DNA of 64,000 bases from Saccostrea echinata. Its lineage: Eukaryota. A program made the position numbers and the translations under genes. The DNA lies in assembly GCF_033153115.1 (NCBI RefSeq), contig NW_026889761.1, forward strand, positions 16,554,001 to 16,618,000, given 5' to 3'. Each line of letters starts with the position of its first letter. Position 1 is the first letter of the stretch. Positions 41,639-53,768 of this stretch are shown one piece after another. The notes under the pieces were generated by a model that saw only the letters and a program-made list of their open reading frames with translations, made no database searches and was not told the DNA's origin.

Positions 41639-41899
41639 TATACGGTAATATGAAATAAACTTTAATCTTTAACCATTTTGTAATTACTTGTACTTTGTTC
41701 GAGCCAAATATTAGATAGTCCACAATTATTCAAAATGTTCTGAATATTTTCAAACCAACCAATTTTTATCCTATACCTTGATTTCTAATAAATCCTAATT
41801 TTTAGAATGAATTTGCGACATTGTTTGCTTTGAACTCGAAATTTAAGCCCAGCGTCTGACATATCTGTTTCATATTTCGATATTTTGCTAGAAAAAGAC

Positions 41900-42430
41900 G
41901 TTAATAGTAACCTATAATAAAACAACTATATGATAAACGTGATGCCTTCTCATTCAATTTTTCTATCGTGAATTTTCCTTATTAATGTAGCAATTTTAAT
42001 ATACCCGTATCACCTGCATATGGAATTTATTTCTTCCATTTGATTCAATAACTACGCAAGAGAATGCTTTACGAATGAACAAATTCTAAAGCAAGGCAAA
42101 CTATTGACAAACAAGGATTTTAACAGTCTCCTATGAATCAAACATTTTGCAAATTCTATGGTCGGTACAATGGTCTTGTCAGGAAAACTAATCTATCTTT
42201 AAGTTGAATGCTGACAGCAGTTTTTCTTACGAATTGTTCTGACATTTTACACACTGAATTGTCTACGGATTTTTCTGTTTGTCTGATCTTAACAAGGAGC
42301 ACACGGCAGGTGTGAAGGTTCGACACGAGATGCTCCCACCATTAATGTTTTTAGAGGTCTTTCTTTGCCCTGATTCCGATTTATGTTGTTCAATAGATGT
42401 TTACGCTTGATTACTGTTCGTTATCTCCAT
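41900..42430 (+). mobile_element. Penelope-like element 3' fragment
   Basis: YDKRD(A)F.F.IVNFP-like segment, KFYGRY-like segment and a degenerate 3' motif shared with 32580-33485. Confidence 0.65.
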
Positions 42431-42606
42431 ATTTCATTGCTTATTATTAGGAGTTGGTGTGGCCCTGCTCACTTTATTTCTTTAACAATGACATGTAAAC
42501 GTGGATCCACATTTTTGTGTCTCTATCCTGCTGCATCCTGGGACAATGATTTGCTCAAACTTGAACCTGCACTACTGACCCTTAAGATGCATGGATATCA
42601 ATCTTA

Positions 42607-44969
42607 CGAGGGGCATTTGAAAAGTTCTGAGAACTGTTTGATAAAATATTAACTGTTTCACGGAAGTTTATAAATTTGATACCATTGAAAAGAGCTGAAA
42701 AATTTGCACTTATTTCGATGTCACTTTCTTGTTTTTATGACGTAATAACTCCGAAAATGACGTCAGAATCTCGATTGTGTAGCATACTGAGAAGTCGCGT
42801 TTTTGTCCACATGAGAAGATCGGAAAAGTGCTGTCAAAGGCCTCTTTGAAAAAATATTTCAAGTAAAATTTGTATGGAGGTAGAGCAACACTGAGAAAAT
42901 GGTACTGTTTATCAGCAATTCCAAATTTCATTTCATGGTTGGTTTATAAGCACTGTTTATGTACGGTTATGCTATCATAGGCATTCATTTAAGATTTTTA
43001 TTTACATAATACAGCTGGACTTTCGGTCTATTATATAGCTCTCCACTGTATTAAACAAAACCTGTTCTGTATAAAACTGAAGTGTATCAATGCAGTTTTC
43101 CACAAATGAATCATGAGTAACATGACTCTTACCTTTAAGGAATAAAACGTACAAAAGTCATCCCCGGGACCTTTTCCTGTGCGTATTTTTTTCATATAGT
43201 ATTTCAACTTTGGCTCTCCAAAACTCACTACTGGTTTTGACTTTCGGCTCAAAAAAAAGAATCTGAGTTTCATTGCCATATACAATCTTATTTATTTTCC
43301 ATGAGTTAAAATTTTCGAATATATTGAGTTACGGAGGGGTTACAACTATGCCGGTGCCATTTTGGTTTTTACTAGAAAATATAGGGTACTCTTAACTTAA
43401 CGTCTCTTGAGATATAATCGTTCCCACAAAATTGGTTAAAACACCTGACGCATTAATGCCAGCAAATTTTGTAACACCGTCCACAATTCTCCTTTGATTT
43501 TCAACCTTGTCATCACAGCTAGGTCTTTTTTACGCAATATTTTGAGCGAGATTCGATAAAAACATGTGATGTTTGACATATGCTTAAACCCCCTCAGAAC
43601 TATAGGATCTCCTAAAAAAAAAAGTCATATGATAGACTGAAGTCTATGGAAACATTCTCTCAACTGGTATTTGTGTCCGTTGGCGTGCATCCGAGTAATG
43701 AACATAAGTTGACTTTAAAATTTTAATTCACTGAAATTTTGTCTCTTGTTATGTCATTTTTACGGTCAGTATGCGAAACACATGGAATTCTGACGTCGTT
43801 TTCGGAGTTATTACGTCATAAAAATTGCAAAGTGACGTCACAATATGTGTGTATTTTTTGTGATCTTTCCAATGATATCAAACTCAATAATTTCCGCTAA
43901 ATGCGCAGCACAGTTAAGGCTGCAGTAAGGAGGCGGGGCGTAATTTTTACGGGAAATGCTTACTATGACATCACACACACACACACACACACACAAAACC
44001 ATGTTCTTCAAGTTACCACAAAATGAAATGATACGCTATTTTAAATTGTTGAATAGCTTTAAACTACATCAATACTTACTATTGCATGTATTTTTGTCGT
44101 TGGTTAAATCCCACACAGCAATATATAAACAATTCACTAATCGCAATGCACTTGTCAATGTGACGACATATCGTAAAATTTGACGCAGTTTGTATGCAGT
44201 GAGAGCCGGATCAGTTGAAAAAATGTGTTTTGTAATTAAATAAAATATTATTTGCAGATATATAAGAGGCCATTAACTTGGATGCGATGTCTGTTTTATG
44301 ATTTTATTTATATACTTCCCATACATTCCCTAGACAAGTGAAACTGCCGTACATTTGTATGCAGATTCATTGAAGGGTAATAAAAGGGTCGTAATAAATC
44401 GATATATTGCAAGGGCGTACCCTCAATGAATTATGACAAGCTTTTACACGTAAACTCAAGAGGTATGAAGATATTTGAAAAGTGCTGCGAACCTGATGAA
44501 ATCTTGCAAATGAATTAATTATATCTACATTTAATGTTCTTGACGAGCAAAATATTCAACATACGGTCTTACAAATGTAATTTTAGCAATTATATAGTAG
44601 AATCTATATAGGTTCGCAACACTTTTTACAAACTACAAAGAGTGTTGAAAATAATTTTAAATTAAACTTAAATTTTTAACTTGGTTATGCCCTTGCAATA
44701 TTGGAATTTATAGATGACCTCAATACTGCAGGTATATTTGCTAAAATCACGTGACTGCCATATTACGTGACAAATCTAAATAAGAAATATAAACGTCCTC
44801 AACATGTAGTTTTCAGCCACATTACATTTTTCCGATAATAGTAAAGGCCTAAAAAGAATCGCCCATCCTTGTAAAGAATGTATTTTCTGTCGAAAAAATT
44901 CGCCGATATTTCCATTTGATACCTTAACTGTACTGCGTGGTTAATAATTTATCAAATAGTTCTCAGAAC
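42607..44969. mobile_element. Mariner-like MITE carrying nested insertions
   Basis: Left TA|CGAGGGGCATTTGAAAAGTTCTGAGAAC. The long right inverted repeat is split into ~43767-43900 and ~44939-44969 (TTATCAAATAGTTCTCAGAAC). Confidence 0.7.
43901..44939. mobile_element. TIR element inserted into the right TIR of the mariner-like MITE, itself containing a MITE (44404-44701)
   Basis: CGCAGCACAGTTAAGG / CCTTAACTGTACTGCG termini. Inner pair ATATTGCAAGGGCGTACC / GGTTATGCCCTTGCAATAT. Confidence 0.65.
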
Positions 44970-46172
44970 ATAAAATATTTGCATGCTCATCAGTCTTCAA
45001 GGAATGTTCAATAGAATTTCAAAATTCTTTCAAAAATTATGCAGAAGTATATACGCTTATTTATAATATATATTTGTTGTATTGACAATAAAATCAATAG
45101 GTTCCAGTTATGAGCCGAAAGTTTACACAACCCTCCTTTTTTTTTTCTTTTTATAAAAATATTTTTTCGAAATTTCTTTTAAATTGGACTTAATTCTGTA
45201 ATTTCAGACCGGTAATGAACTTAGCTATAGAAATACCCATGTAGGAGGCCCATGATGAGGCACATGTTCACTTGAGCAATTTAACATTCAACGACAGTAT
45301 ATTTTTGTGTCATTTTCACAAATATTGTGGCCTCTTCCCTAGTTACTCAAATATAAACGGGAGTACATTTATTAGAGGCAATCACTTTAGTGCTGGTATT
45401 ACTGTCTTTTGAAATCATCTAGTTTTACTTCGAAAATAAGGGGTGTTGTAGATACTTCCTAAAATAGGTTGATTATAGAGTGAAGTCGAAACATTAAAAT
45501 TCAAGTCGTTCATCCCCACTGAACATGAACTCCACGTGGGGAAAAGTAACATTCAAAGAAGAAAAAAATATCAAATGAAGTAACGTGGCTTCTTGAGAAA
45601 CAAACTGACTTTTTATAGTTTAAGAGCCCACCATTTGCATGAGCGCATGGTACGCGGCCCGAGAGTATAATAAACGATAATGAACATATAATTAATGTAA
45701 TGACAACTTTTATAAAGACGTAGATTTATAATGCACTTCTATGAGGCATTTATCGATTAACTTGATTAAAGTAAAGTAAACGAAATGACCACAATAATTC
45801 AGAATCGTATTCAATTTTGATCGAGACTTTACTTTCATTGATCCAATGTACATGTTACTAGAAGTAGATATTTTTAAACATTTCACAGCTGTTACTGTTT
45901 GAACATCTGCAATTAAAAATAGCTATATAGAAAAAAATCATTCATGAAGTATATATATTGCAGAATTCCCTTTTCTTTCACTGAAACAACATGCAGTTAC
46001 TTATTTATAAAAAGTGTTTGTGTCTATCTTTTACAATTCCCCTTCCTTGGTACACATGATATTTGGTATAAATTACTCATACCTAGACATATTTTCAATG
46101 ATTTAAAATGTTTCCATATGTAAATTAGCACAAACGACAACATGAAAAAGTGTGCTTTAATTAATTTGGAGA

Positions 46173-46680
46173 TTAACATCCCTTCTTGGTGTATTGATAG
46201 CGCCATATTGTAGTTTTTCTATCCGAAGGTATTGCCTTGTTTTCTCTGGCACTTATATACCGAATGCCAAATGACACAATACCAACATGCCCAGAGCCCT
46301 GTGGGTAAGGAAAGGCTATGACATCGACAATCTGTCTGTTGTTGATTTCAGGAATATGCTCATAACAACCTGTATCCAGTACGTATGCAGAATTTGATTT
46401 TCCCAATTCGTTAGCCCCAATAGGTGAATATCGCCACCAGCTTCTGCAAATTCATTTGTACATAAAAGAATTAAGTGATTCTGTCAATCGAAAAAGAATC
46501 AATGCAAAATGAAGTTAAATTTTTAAGCAACCTCCTTGGGCCTTTGGCTCCCACGGAAGCTAAAACATCATTGCTTCTGTTGCATAGATCTCGTTGACAG
46601 CTTTTCAAACTACATCTTGTGCCGTTGATTTGTCTCCGTGCGGCACTCCATATTTGACTTTTGAAAACGCACTGCGACCG
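46173..46680 (-). CDS. NlpC/P60-CHAP-like amidase paralogue A lacking the catalytic-Cys motif (inactive paralogue or pseudogene); first coding exon not resolved
   Basis: Exons 46680-46532 and 46443-46173 are open and share intron position and phase with paralogue B. Retains DVIAF...GSGHVGIVS but is 18 nt shorter where B has KCNIFV. Confidence 0.72.
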
Positions 46681-46781
46681 CTGTTAAATGTTTTTTTTTC
46701 TTCAAAAAATGACAGATATATGACTAGAGTTTAAAAAATGAAATATTTTGTTGTTTTCGATTTATTTTTTACATTAATACT

Positions 46782-46920
46782 NNNNNNNNNNNNNNNNNNN
46801 NNNNNNNNNNNNNNNNNNNNNNNNNNNNNNNNNNNNNNNNNNNNNNNNNNNNNNNNNNNNNNNNNNNNNNNNNNNNNNNNNNNNNNNNNNNNNNNNNNNN
46901 NNNNNNNNNNNNNNNNNNNN
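46782..46920. other. Assembly gap (139 N)
   Basis: Run of N characters. Confidence 1.
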
Positions 46921-47469
46921 GATCGTGAATCGTGAAATGGAAACATGTCACTTGTATATAAAATAATGCATACTTTTATCGCCTGTGATGACAAGAGAGA
47001 AGTGAAGGACTATATATCTTTTTATTTGATTTCATTAGTTTCGTCCATTTAAATTATTATAAATACAATATAAGATATATATATTGAAATCAAATACGTA
47101 GTATATTTTCTGATGAAATCTTAACATGTAACAACCTTTGATGGATTTATCTAAAATCAGTTTTTAACATTCTCCCCCCACCCCCCCCCCTTATTTTTCT
47201 AGAAGGATAGTTACCCATTCAGATACAATTAAAAAAAATTAAATTGACTTACTTTTTGGTCCTAGGACACTACTTCTCTTGTGAGATATGGAAAGGCAAA
47301 TACAAACCGTGAAAGAAACTCCGTGTTTCAATTAAAATAATATAAAGAAAAGATATAAAAACAAATGAAATTGGAAGATAACGAAGATCATGCTCAAAAC
47401 GTGGGAAGGGAAAATTAGAATTCGACGCTCTAATTTTCTTCAGAAATGTAATTTCCATTCATCTTTATT

Positions 47470-47965
47470 ATAAATTCAACTCCTTACCCTTATCCTTATT
47501 ACCTGCATACAAGGTACATATCTCTCAGTTGTTTCGCGCATACTCTACGTATGAACAATTTCTAAAACTAGGAAAATTATTGACAATCAAGTTGAGGAAA
47601 ATGAAGTTGAGGAAACAAGAATATCAAGAGTCTCAATCTGGGTCATCATTTCGTAAGTTCTATGATCGATACAACGATATTCTCAGCAAATACAATCTAT
47701 CATTAAGTCAAATACTGACTGACGTTTTCATACTAATTGTTAGGCCATTATTTACACACTGAATTGTCGACGGATTTCCCTTTATTTCCCGATCATGACA
47801 AGGAACACACGGCGGGTGTGACCGGTCGGCATGGGATGCTCACTCCTCCATGGCACCTGATCCCACCTCTGATGTTTTAGAAATCCGTGATCGCTCTGCC
47901 TCTGATTTGTACTGTTTGAATGGAATTTTAAGCTTGAATGCTCTTCGTTATATATGCTCTCCATA
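47470..47965 (+). mobile_element. Penelope-like element 3' fragment
   Basis: SQLFRAYSTYEQFL...SSFRKFYDRYNDIL followed by the conserved CGGCGGGTGTGACCGGTCGGCATGGGATGCTCACTCCTCCATGGCACCTGATCCCACCTCTG. Confidence 0.75.
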
Positions 47966-49561
47966 TATTTCATTTCAGGACTGGTGTGTTTAATAGATGC
48001 AAGTCTTTTTGACTTCTAAAGGTGAATGAATATTGAGAGGGAACTAATTGACAACACATGCACTTGTTCTGTTTTTACAACAATTTATAAGCGTATTTGT
48101 TTTAAATAAATTGAGCCATACCAATATACATTATAGAGTATTTAAAAAAAAGTAGTTCCTATGATGTATTCATGTTTACATTCACAGGCTTTAAGGCAAT
48201 ACCATATATAACCGTAAATGCTACATTTTGCGTCTTTAAATGAAATTTGCTGTGCATTTTAAAACAATGTGCTATTGAATAGTGAAATTTTTATAAAGCG
48301 GCATAGACCTTTTTGGACTCAAAAGAAACCCTTGTGAATGATTTTACAATCGTCATAGACTTGTAATTAATACAACAATTTGAAGAAAAAAAACCTTGCG
48401 AACCAAACAAGATAGTGTAGCATGTTGTAACAGAATTACTTCACTTGATTTCATATCCAATTGAAAAGTTAAAATTTCTGCAAAGATTATTTTCCATGAA
48501 AGAGAGAAAAAACTTCAAATTCACTAAAACATCAAACACCAGAAATCTTACCAACCGCCTGTTTGATTATTTGTGCTTCTTAATTCCCTGAAGTTTGGAT
48601 TGTATAGTTAAATGATCGCCCAGATGTAGCTCCACAAAAAAAAAAAATCTTTGGTACGCAAACTGCTCATTAAGTGGCTGCAAAACAAAAGTACACTTGT
48701 ACTGTGTTTATGAATTGAAATGATCTACCTGGTCTCTCTTTTTCTTTTACTTTTGTTTCTTTTCAACCTATAAACTTAAACTTGTATTGAGGAAGGAGAG
48801 TGCTGGGTTGTTAACTTATTTAATAATCGATATAATAATATGACAATTACACGTATATCCAACGTATATACATGAATATACATTTTTGCTACTAATTTAC
48901 ATATACTAATAAAAGAGTCCATTACATTTTTAGTGATTTTGAAACCATGTCGGTCTATTATGTACAAACATTTATTTGTCAACATCTCCCCCTCCCCCCA
49001 ACATGCACATAAAATGGGAAAAAAATTACATGTATACTTTTAATTTTTTTTTAATTAAACAAATGTTGATCATACAATGTCAGTCCTTAGATCTTGCAGC
49101 TTTTTTCTCTAGAATTATATTATACGGATTTGATTGTTATACATTTACTGGTAAGAGTTTGCTAACAAGGTGTTTATATAACTAGAAGGAAATAAACGAA
49201 TACTGTGCAGGAATAAGATAAAAATAGGCCCAATAAGGTCATATACATGTACATGATAGGATTTATTTGCATTACTTCAAGTAGATACATATATATGATA
49301 GTACTTTGTATAACTGATTTTATATGTACATTTATCACTTTGTGTTGTTGTGGTTTAAAGATAACACTATAACTGTTTAAGTTACATGGGCTATATAAAT
49401 TTCAGTTCCTGTTAACGTTTGTACAGAAATAAAAGAGGTATGTCCAATATGTTATTTTTCCATATATAAACCTGAAAATAAGAATTTCTTTCAGTTATTT
49501 AATATTTTTTAATTTCAGGATCTAAAAGGACTTATTAATCACAGCGTCTCAAGAACTTTCC

Positions 49562-49879
49562 ATGTTTTCTTGGATAATTTTTCATTTACTAATAATGGAA
49601 TGTACAGTGATGCAAGCATATAACACAGTCAGAGGGACAGAAATAGAACAGAGAACTGTGCCAAAGACAAAAGATGAGTGTTTAGCCCTATGTGGGGACA
49701 GCTACTATAAATGTGCGTTGGGCGATTGTGATCAGGACAAGAATAACTGCGGAGATAGATGTACTCTATCATTTCGTCATTGTTATAAAGATTGTGATAG
49801 ATATATTATCCTAACTACGACAACTACAAAAAGTTTACCCGAAAATGAAAACGATTTTTTGGAAGATGACGGTATCTAA
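49562..49879 (+). CDS. Small secreted cysteine-rich protein (105 aa; 8-Cys CX3C array, acidic tail)
   Basis: Hydrophobic N-terminus MFSWIIFHLLIMECTVMQA; C-x3-C-x6-C-x4-C-x6-C-x3-C-x6-C-x3-C. Upstream TATATAAA (~49392), non-coding exon donor GAG|GTATGT (~49437) and acceptor TTTCAG (~49519). Confidence 0.8.
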   Translation: MFSWIIFHLLIMECTVMQAYNTVRGTEIEQRTVPKTKDECLALCGDSYYKCALGDCDQDKNNCGDRCTLSFRHCYKDCDRYIILTTTTTKSLPENENDFLEDDGI

Positions 49880-49939
49880 AAGGATTAGTATTTTTGAGCT
49901 TGAACCCGTTTTAAAGAGTAACATTTCTTTTTTTTTTAT

Positions 49940-50357
49940 TTTTGACTACTTCCGGTGAAACCGGAGGGGACTATAAGTTACCTTCGCGTCTATACCTTCG
50001 TCTGCCTGTCTCACTTGGTTTTCGCACTTTTTTTAAGCGCTTGCAGATAATGAGCCGAATTTTGGTTTGTGAGTGTATCCTGATCAGTTACATATCAAGT
50101 TTACATTTCGTTCCACTTCACTGATTTTTGACCTTTACTATCTCAATTTTTTTTTAGGGTTTTCCGCATTTTTTTTGTTGTTCTGAACGCTTGCAAATAA
50201 TGAGCGGATTTTTCGTATGTGACTTTACCTTAATGAGTTATAGATCAAGGTTGCATTTCGTCCCGCTTACTGAATTATTGCAGTTTTGATTTTTAATGGG
50301 AACCAGATTACACTTGCCGGTAGGGGACTAATATTGGTGAGGCAATACTGTCAGAAT
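49940..50357 (+). mobile_element. HINE/pearl-like non-autonomous element with internal tandem repeats
   Basis: 5' CCGGTGAAACCGGAGGGGACTAT with a GTCTG-type microsatellite, ~2.5 copies of a ~135 bp unit (CGCTTGCAGATAATGAGC...), and 3' CCGGTAGGGGACT plus a hairpin. Confidence 0.65.
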
Positions 50358-51149
50358 GTTTTTTTCTTTTAATTTTCATTTCAAGAATACCATCCTTAAA
50401 GAGGGTCATAATTCTCTAGCTTCAAAAACATCAAATATCCATTTTATTGTAAAATATGAAGTGGTGAAAGGATATATTTAATCATAAGGATTAATGTTTA
50501 AGTTGAAAGGGATATTTAAACTTAATTGATTTGAAAAAAAATCCTATTCATTTAAAGTACTCTTCAAGTACAGAAGAAGCTAAGGACATATTCAATAAAC
50601 AATACATTTGACATGTATAGAATTTTTTTTTCTTAAGGTATTGAGTAAGAAAAGAATACATATTTGTTGTGCATTCAAATTCATTGAATCCAGGGTTATA
50701 ATGTACAGAATACTTTCATGCTTAATGCATGTAATTGGGTTTTTTGTGTTTGATATTTTCAATTATGTTGTAATTAAAAATTGTTGACAAAACCTATACC
50801 TCTCAGAATTGTTAAATACTTTACGTTGCTTACTGCCGTTTGATATATATATATACAATGTATATTAACAAGATTACATTTTTAGTTTACGTAAAAGATT
50901 TTATGGTCGTTGCCGGTAATCGTTCTTTGAAATATTTTTTGCTCTAGAAAAGAAGTACTACTGATAAAAATTCTACATATGGTACATAATTAATTATATT
51001 TTGATATGTCTCTCAGCTCAGCTGGTAAGACAAATCTTTTTTTGGGTGGTGGGGGTGGTGAGTTGTGTCTTTTATCAGATTGAAAAAAGTAAAGATAACG
51101 AACAGTAATCAATTTAATTTTATTTAAGTCCCCTTCAAGAATTTTTCAC

Positions 51150-51400
51150 TCATTGTGATTAATCTAAAAAAAAATATCTATAAACAATACAAATCTATGA
51201 AGAGGGCATAAAACAGGAACTCCTGGAAATTCCAGAGGTGGGATCAGTGCCTAGGAGGAGTAATCATCCCCCATTGACCTGTCACACCCGTCGTGAGCCC
51301 TGTGTATTGATCAGGTAGACGGAATATTCCGTAGTAAAATTCAGAATAAAAACAAAGCCCTTACAATAGTCAATAAACAAGTCAGCCAAACTGGTAATTT
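51150..51400 (-). mobile_element. Penelope-like element 3' end fragment
   Basis: CAGAGGTGGGATCAGTGCCTAGGAGGAGTAATCATCCCC...GTCACACCCG is the reverse complement of the shared motif. Confidence 0.65.
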
Positions 51401-52483
51401 TTGAGATGGATTACTGTTCTTTATCTTGACTTTTTCATTTGTTAAAAAAAACTGTAAGAGAAAAAGATTCAACCTTTAATAATTGTTATGCATATAAGCA
51501 CCTTCTATTATTGAAGACAATTAATATCTCTTTAATCGACTTAGTTCAGTAATACGACGAATTTTCTCGTTTTTCTCATTTTACTGTCAATCATTTCTAT
51601 ACAGTTTGTACATGTATTTCGATGAAACAAAAAAAGTTATGAAAAAAATGATTAGTGAAAGGATATCTTTAAAAATATTATAAATAATCAAATGTCGAAA
51701 ACTTGACGATTGATGTAAATAGTCTAATAGTTTAGCTTCAGAATAGGTTTTCCTACACTTCAGAGTCACTTTAGATTCAGTTTCCCCGTCCTAAAACGAT
51801 AAGGATTCAATAACTTTTTTTTCCGTCACGACTCTTTACAATTCTAGGACTCAATTATAATCTCTCCATTTTTTTAAAAACTTTTTGCTAGCCCTTTGTT
51901 TAAAACATGACTGTTGGTGGCACTTGGAACGTTTTCACAGTCTGATGCTCACCATTAAAAATTTTTGGCATCACTGATCAAAGTGCAGTTTTGATAAATG
52001 ATTATCGTCCTCTACTTTTACCTTTACTCTGGTTGGATTTGTTTGTTTGTTTTGTTTTTATTTTTTTGTTTTTTTGTTTTGTTTTGTTTTTTTTTGAAAA
52101 CCTTAGATACATTTACTCTGCACAGTGAATGTTTTGAATGTTCTAGGTCTTGACATGAATTCTCATCAGTTTTACAAAAGATAAAAGTTAGGGTCTTTGT
52201 TCCGAATCCCAATAGATGTTTAATTCATTTTCCTTTCGAAATGAAATACCTTGATGAAATTAATAATTTGCATATTTTGCGATAAAAATATAACATTTGA
52301 TTCAAATAATATTCCAAGTAATTCAGGGTCCATCGGGACTTACCATGTATATACCTAGTGTGAGAGATTTTCAAGAATTGATTTTGAGATTATGCCGGTT
52401 ACCATTTCCATCAAAACATTAATATACCATTAAAATGAAAAATAACTTTGTAGCTTTTATTTATTTACATGTTTGTTATACAT

Positions 52484-52700
52484 ACTGTAGAATCTTTTAA
52501 TTTGTGGAGACCAATTTTTGTGGTTTTCCTAAAATTTACAGGTTGGGGGGGGGGGGGGGGTCGTGCACTCACTTATATCTGCACAGTATCAACTCTTAAA
52601 CCCCAAATTATTAATTTGTTGAGGGTGTGAATTCGTAGATGCAAATTACTCACGAATTCCACAAATATTAAGTAACCACGAAATCTGATGATTCCACAAT
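52484..52700. mobile_element. TA-flanked MITE
   Basis: TA|CTGTAGAATC...TTTGTGG and CCACGAAATCTGATGATTCCACAA|TA form imperfect TIRs. Confidence 0.5.
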
Positions 52701-52936
52701 ATATAAAAATTGTCAGCTTAAGACGTAGATAAGAAAGAAAAAATAAACATATACATGTGCCAATAATTTTAATTATAAGTCACGTATAAGCAAATTATTT
52801 TTGGAATTGAAAAAAAAAGTTGCAAAATCAATGCAATAGATACAGGTATGATAAACAAGAGAAACTTTATTATTCAGATGCCATTTTTCGACCTAGAATA
52901 AAAAACCTGAGACATTTTTTGTTAGGTATATTTGCT

Positions 52937-53768
52937 TCAACACCCCGTTTTCGTGTATCTATATCTCCATATCGTTCTACTTCTGTCAGTTGGAATGTCT
53001 TTCTCCTCCACAATATATTGACCAGCACTGACGTACTGACTCCCAGTAGACACAATACCAACATGACCACTGCCAGCATCTACTGGAAAGGCTATAACAT
53101 CTCCTTTCTGTCTGTTGCTGAAACTTGGGATATGTTGATAGCAACCGGTATTTAATATGTATTCAGAATTAGACTTCCCCCATTCATTGGCACCTATGGC
53201 GGGATAAAAGAAGGAATCCCTGCAAAAGAAAAAAAAGAAGAAAATATCACAAATCCGTACATCGAATTGATAATAAATCATGCTGAGAGTCATTGAATGT
53301 TTTGACCTTTTTGGACGTTTCGCTCCCACATTTGATAGGACATCATCAACAAAGATATTACATTTGTTTTTACCACAAAGAAGTTTATGACAGCTTGCAT
53401 AACTCCATTTGTCACTGTTGATATGTTTCCTTGCCTCTCGTAAAATATCGTCTGCAGTAATGGCGTAAGATGACTATAAGTACAAATGAAATGACAACTT
53501 GAGAAAAGTTTAAATAAAAAAATATTTGCATATCAATAATACAAATGGTAATTAAAAGAGTATTTGAGCATTCGCTTTTTTTTCGTCAAAGACGATAACG
53601 AATGTTATAATATCATCATTTAAATAAAATCTGATTTGTTCTTCACAGGTTGAAATATACTTAAGCTTGTACATACGCTTATTAACAATATTATTTGAAA
53701 ATTTTGAAAGTACTTACCGTAAAGCAAAGAAATTTAAAAGTGCACAGGACAAGAATTTTATTAGTCAT
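52937..53768 (-). CDS. Secreted NlpC/P60-CHAP-like (papain-fold Cys-His) amidase, paralogue B, intact, 166 aa, 3 coding exons
   Basis: Exons 53768-53718 (signal MTNKILVLCTFKFLCFT), 53473-53307 (SSYAITADDILREARKHINSDKWSYASCHKLLCGKNKCNIFVDDVLSNVGAKRPKR) and 53219-52937 (...IGANEW...KGDVIAFPVDAGSGHVGIVS...TIWRY). Upstream non-coding exon donor at ~54213 and TATA at ~54254-54260. Confidence 0.82.

Noticed and set aside
46921-46994. Candidate signal-peptide exon of amidase paralogue A
   Set aside because: No convincing in-frame ATG plus donor is visible, and the region abuts the N gap.
52937-53768. Bacterial contamination as the source of the amidase genes
   Set aside because: The genes have GT-AG introns, AT-rich composition like the flanks, and are embedded among bivalve-type repeats.
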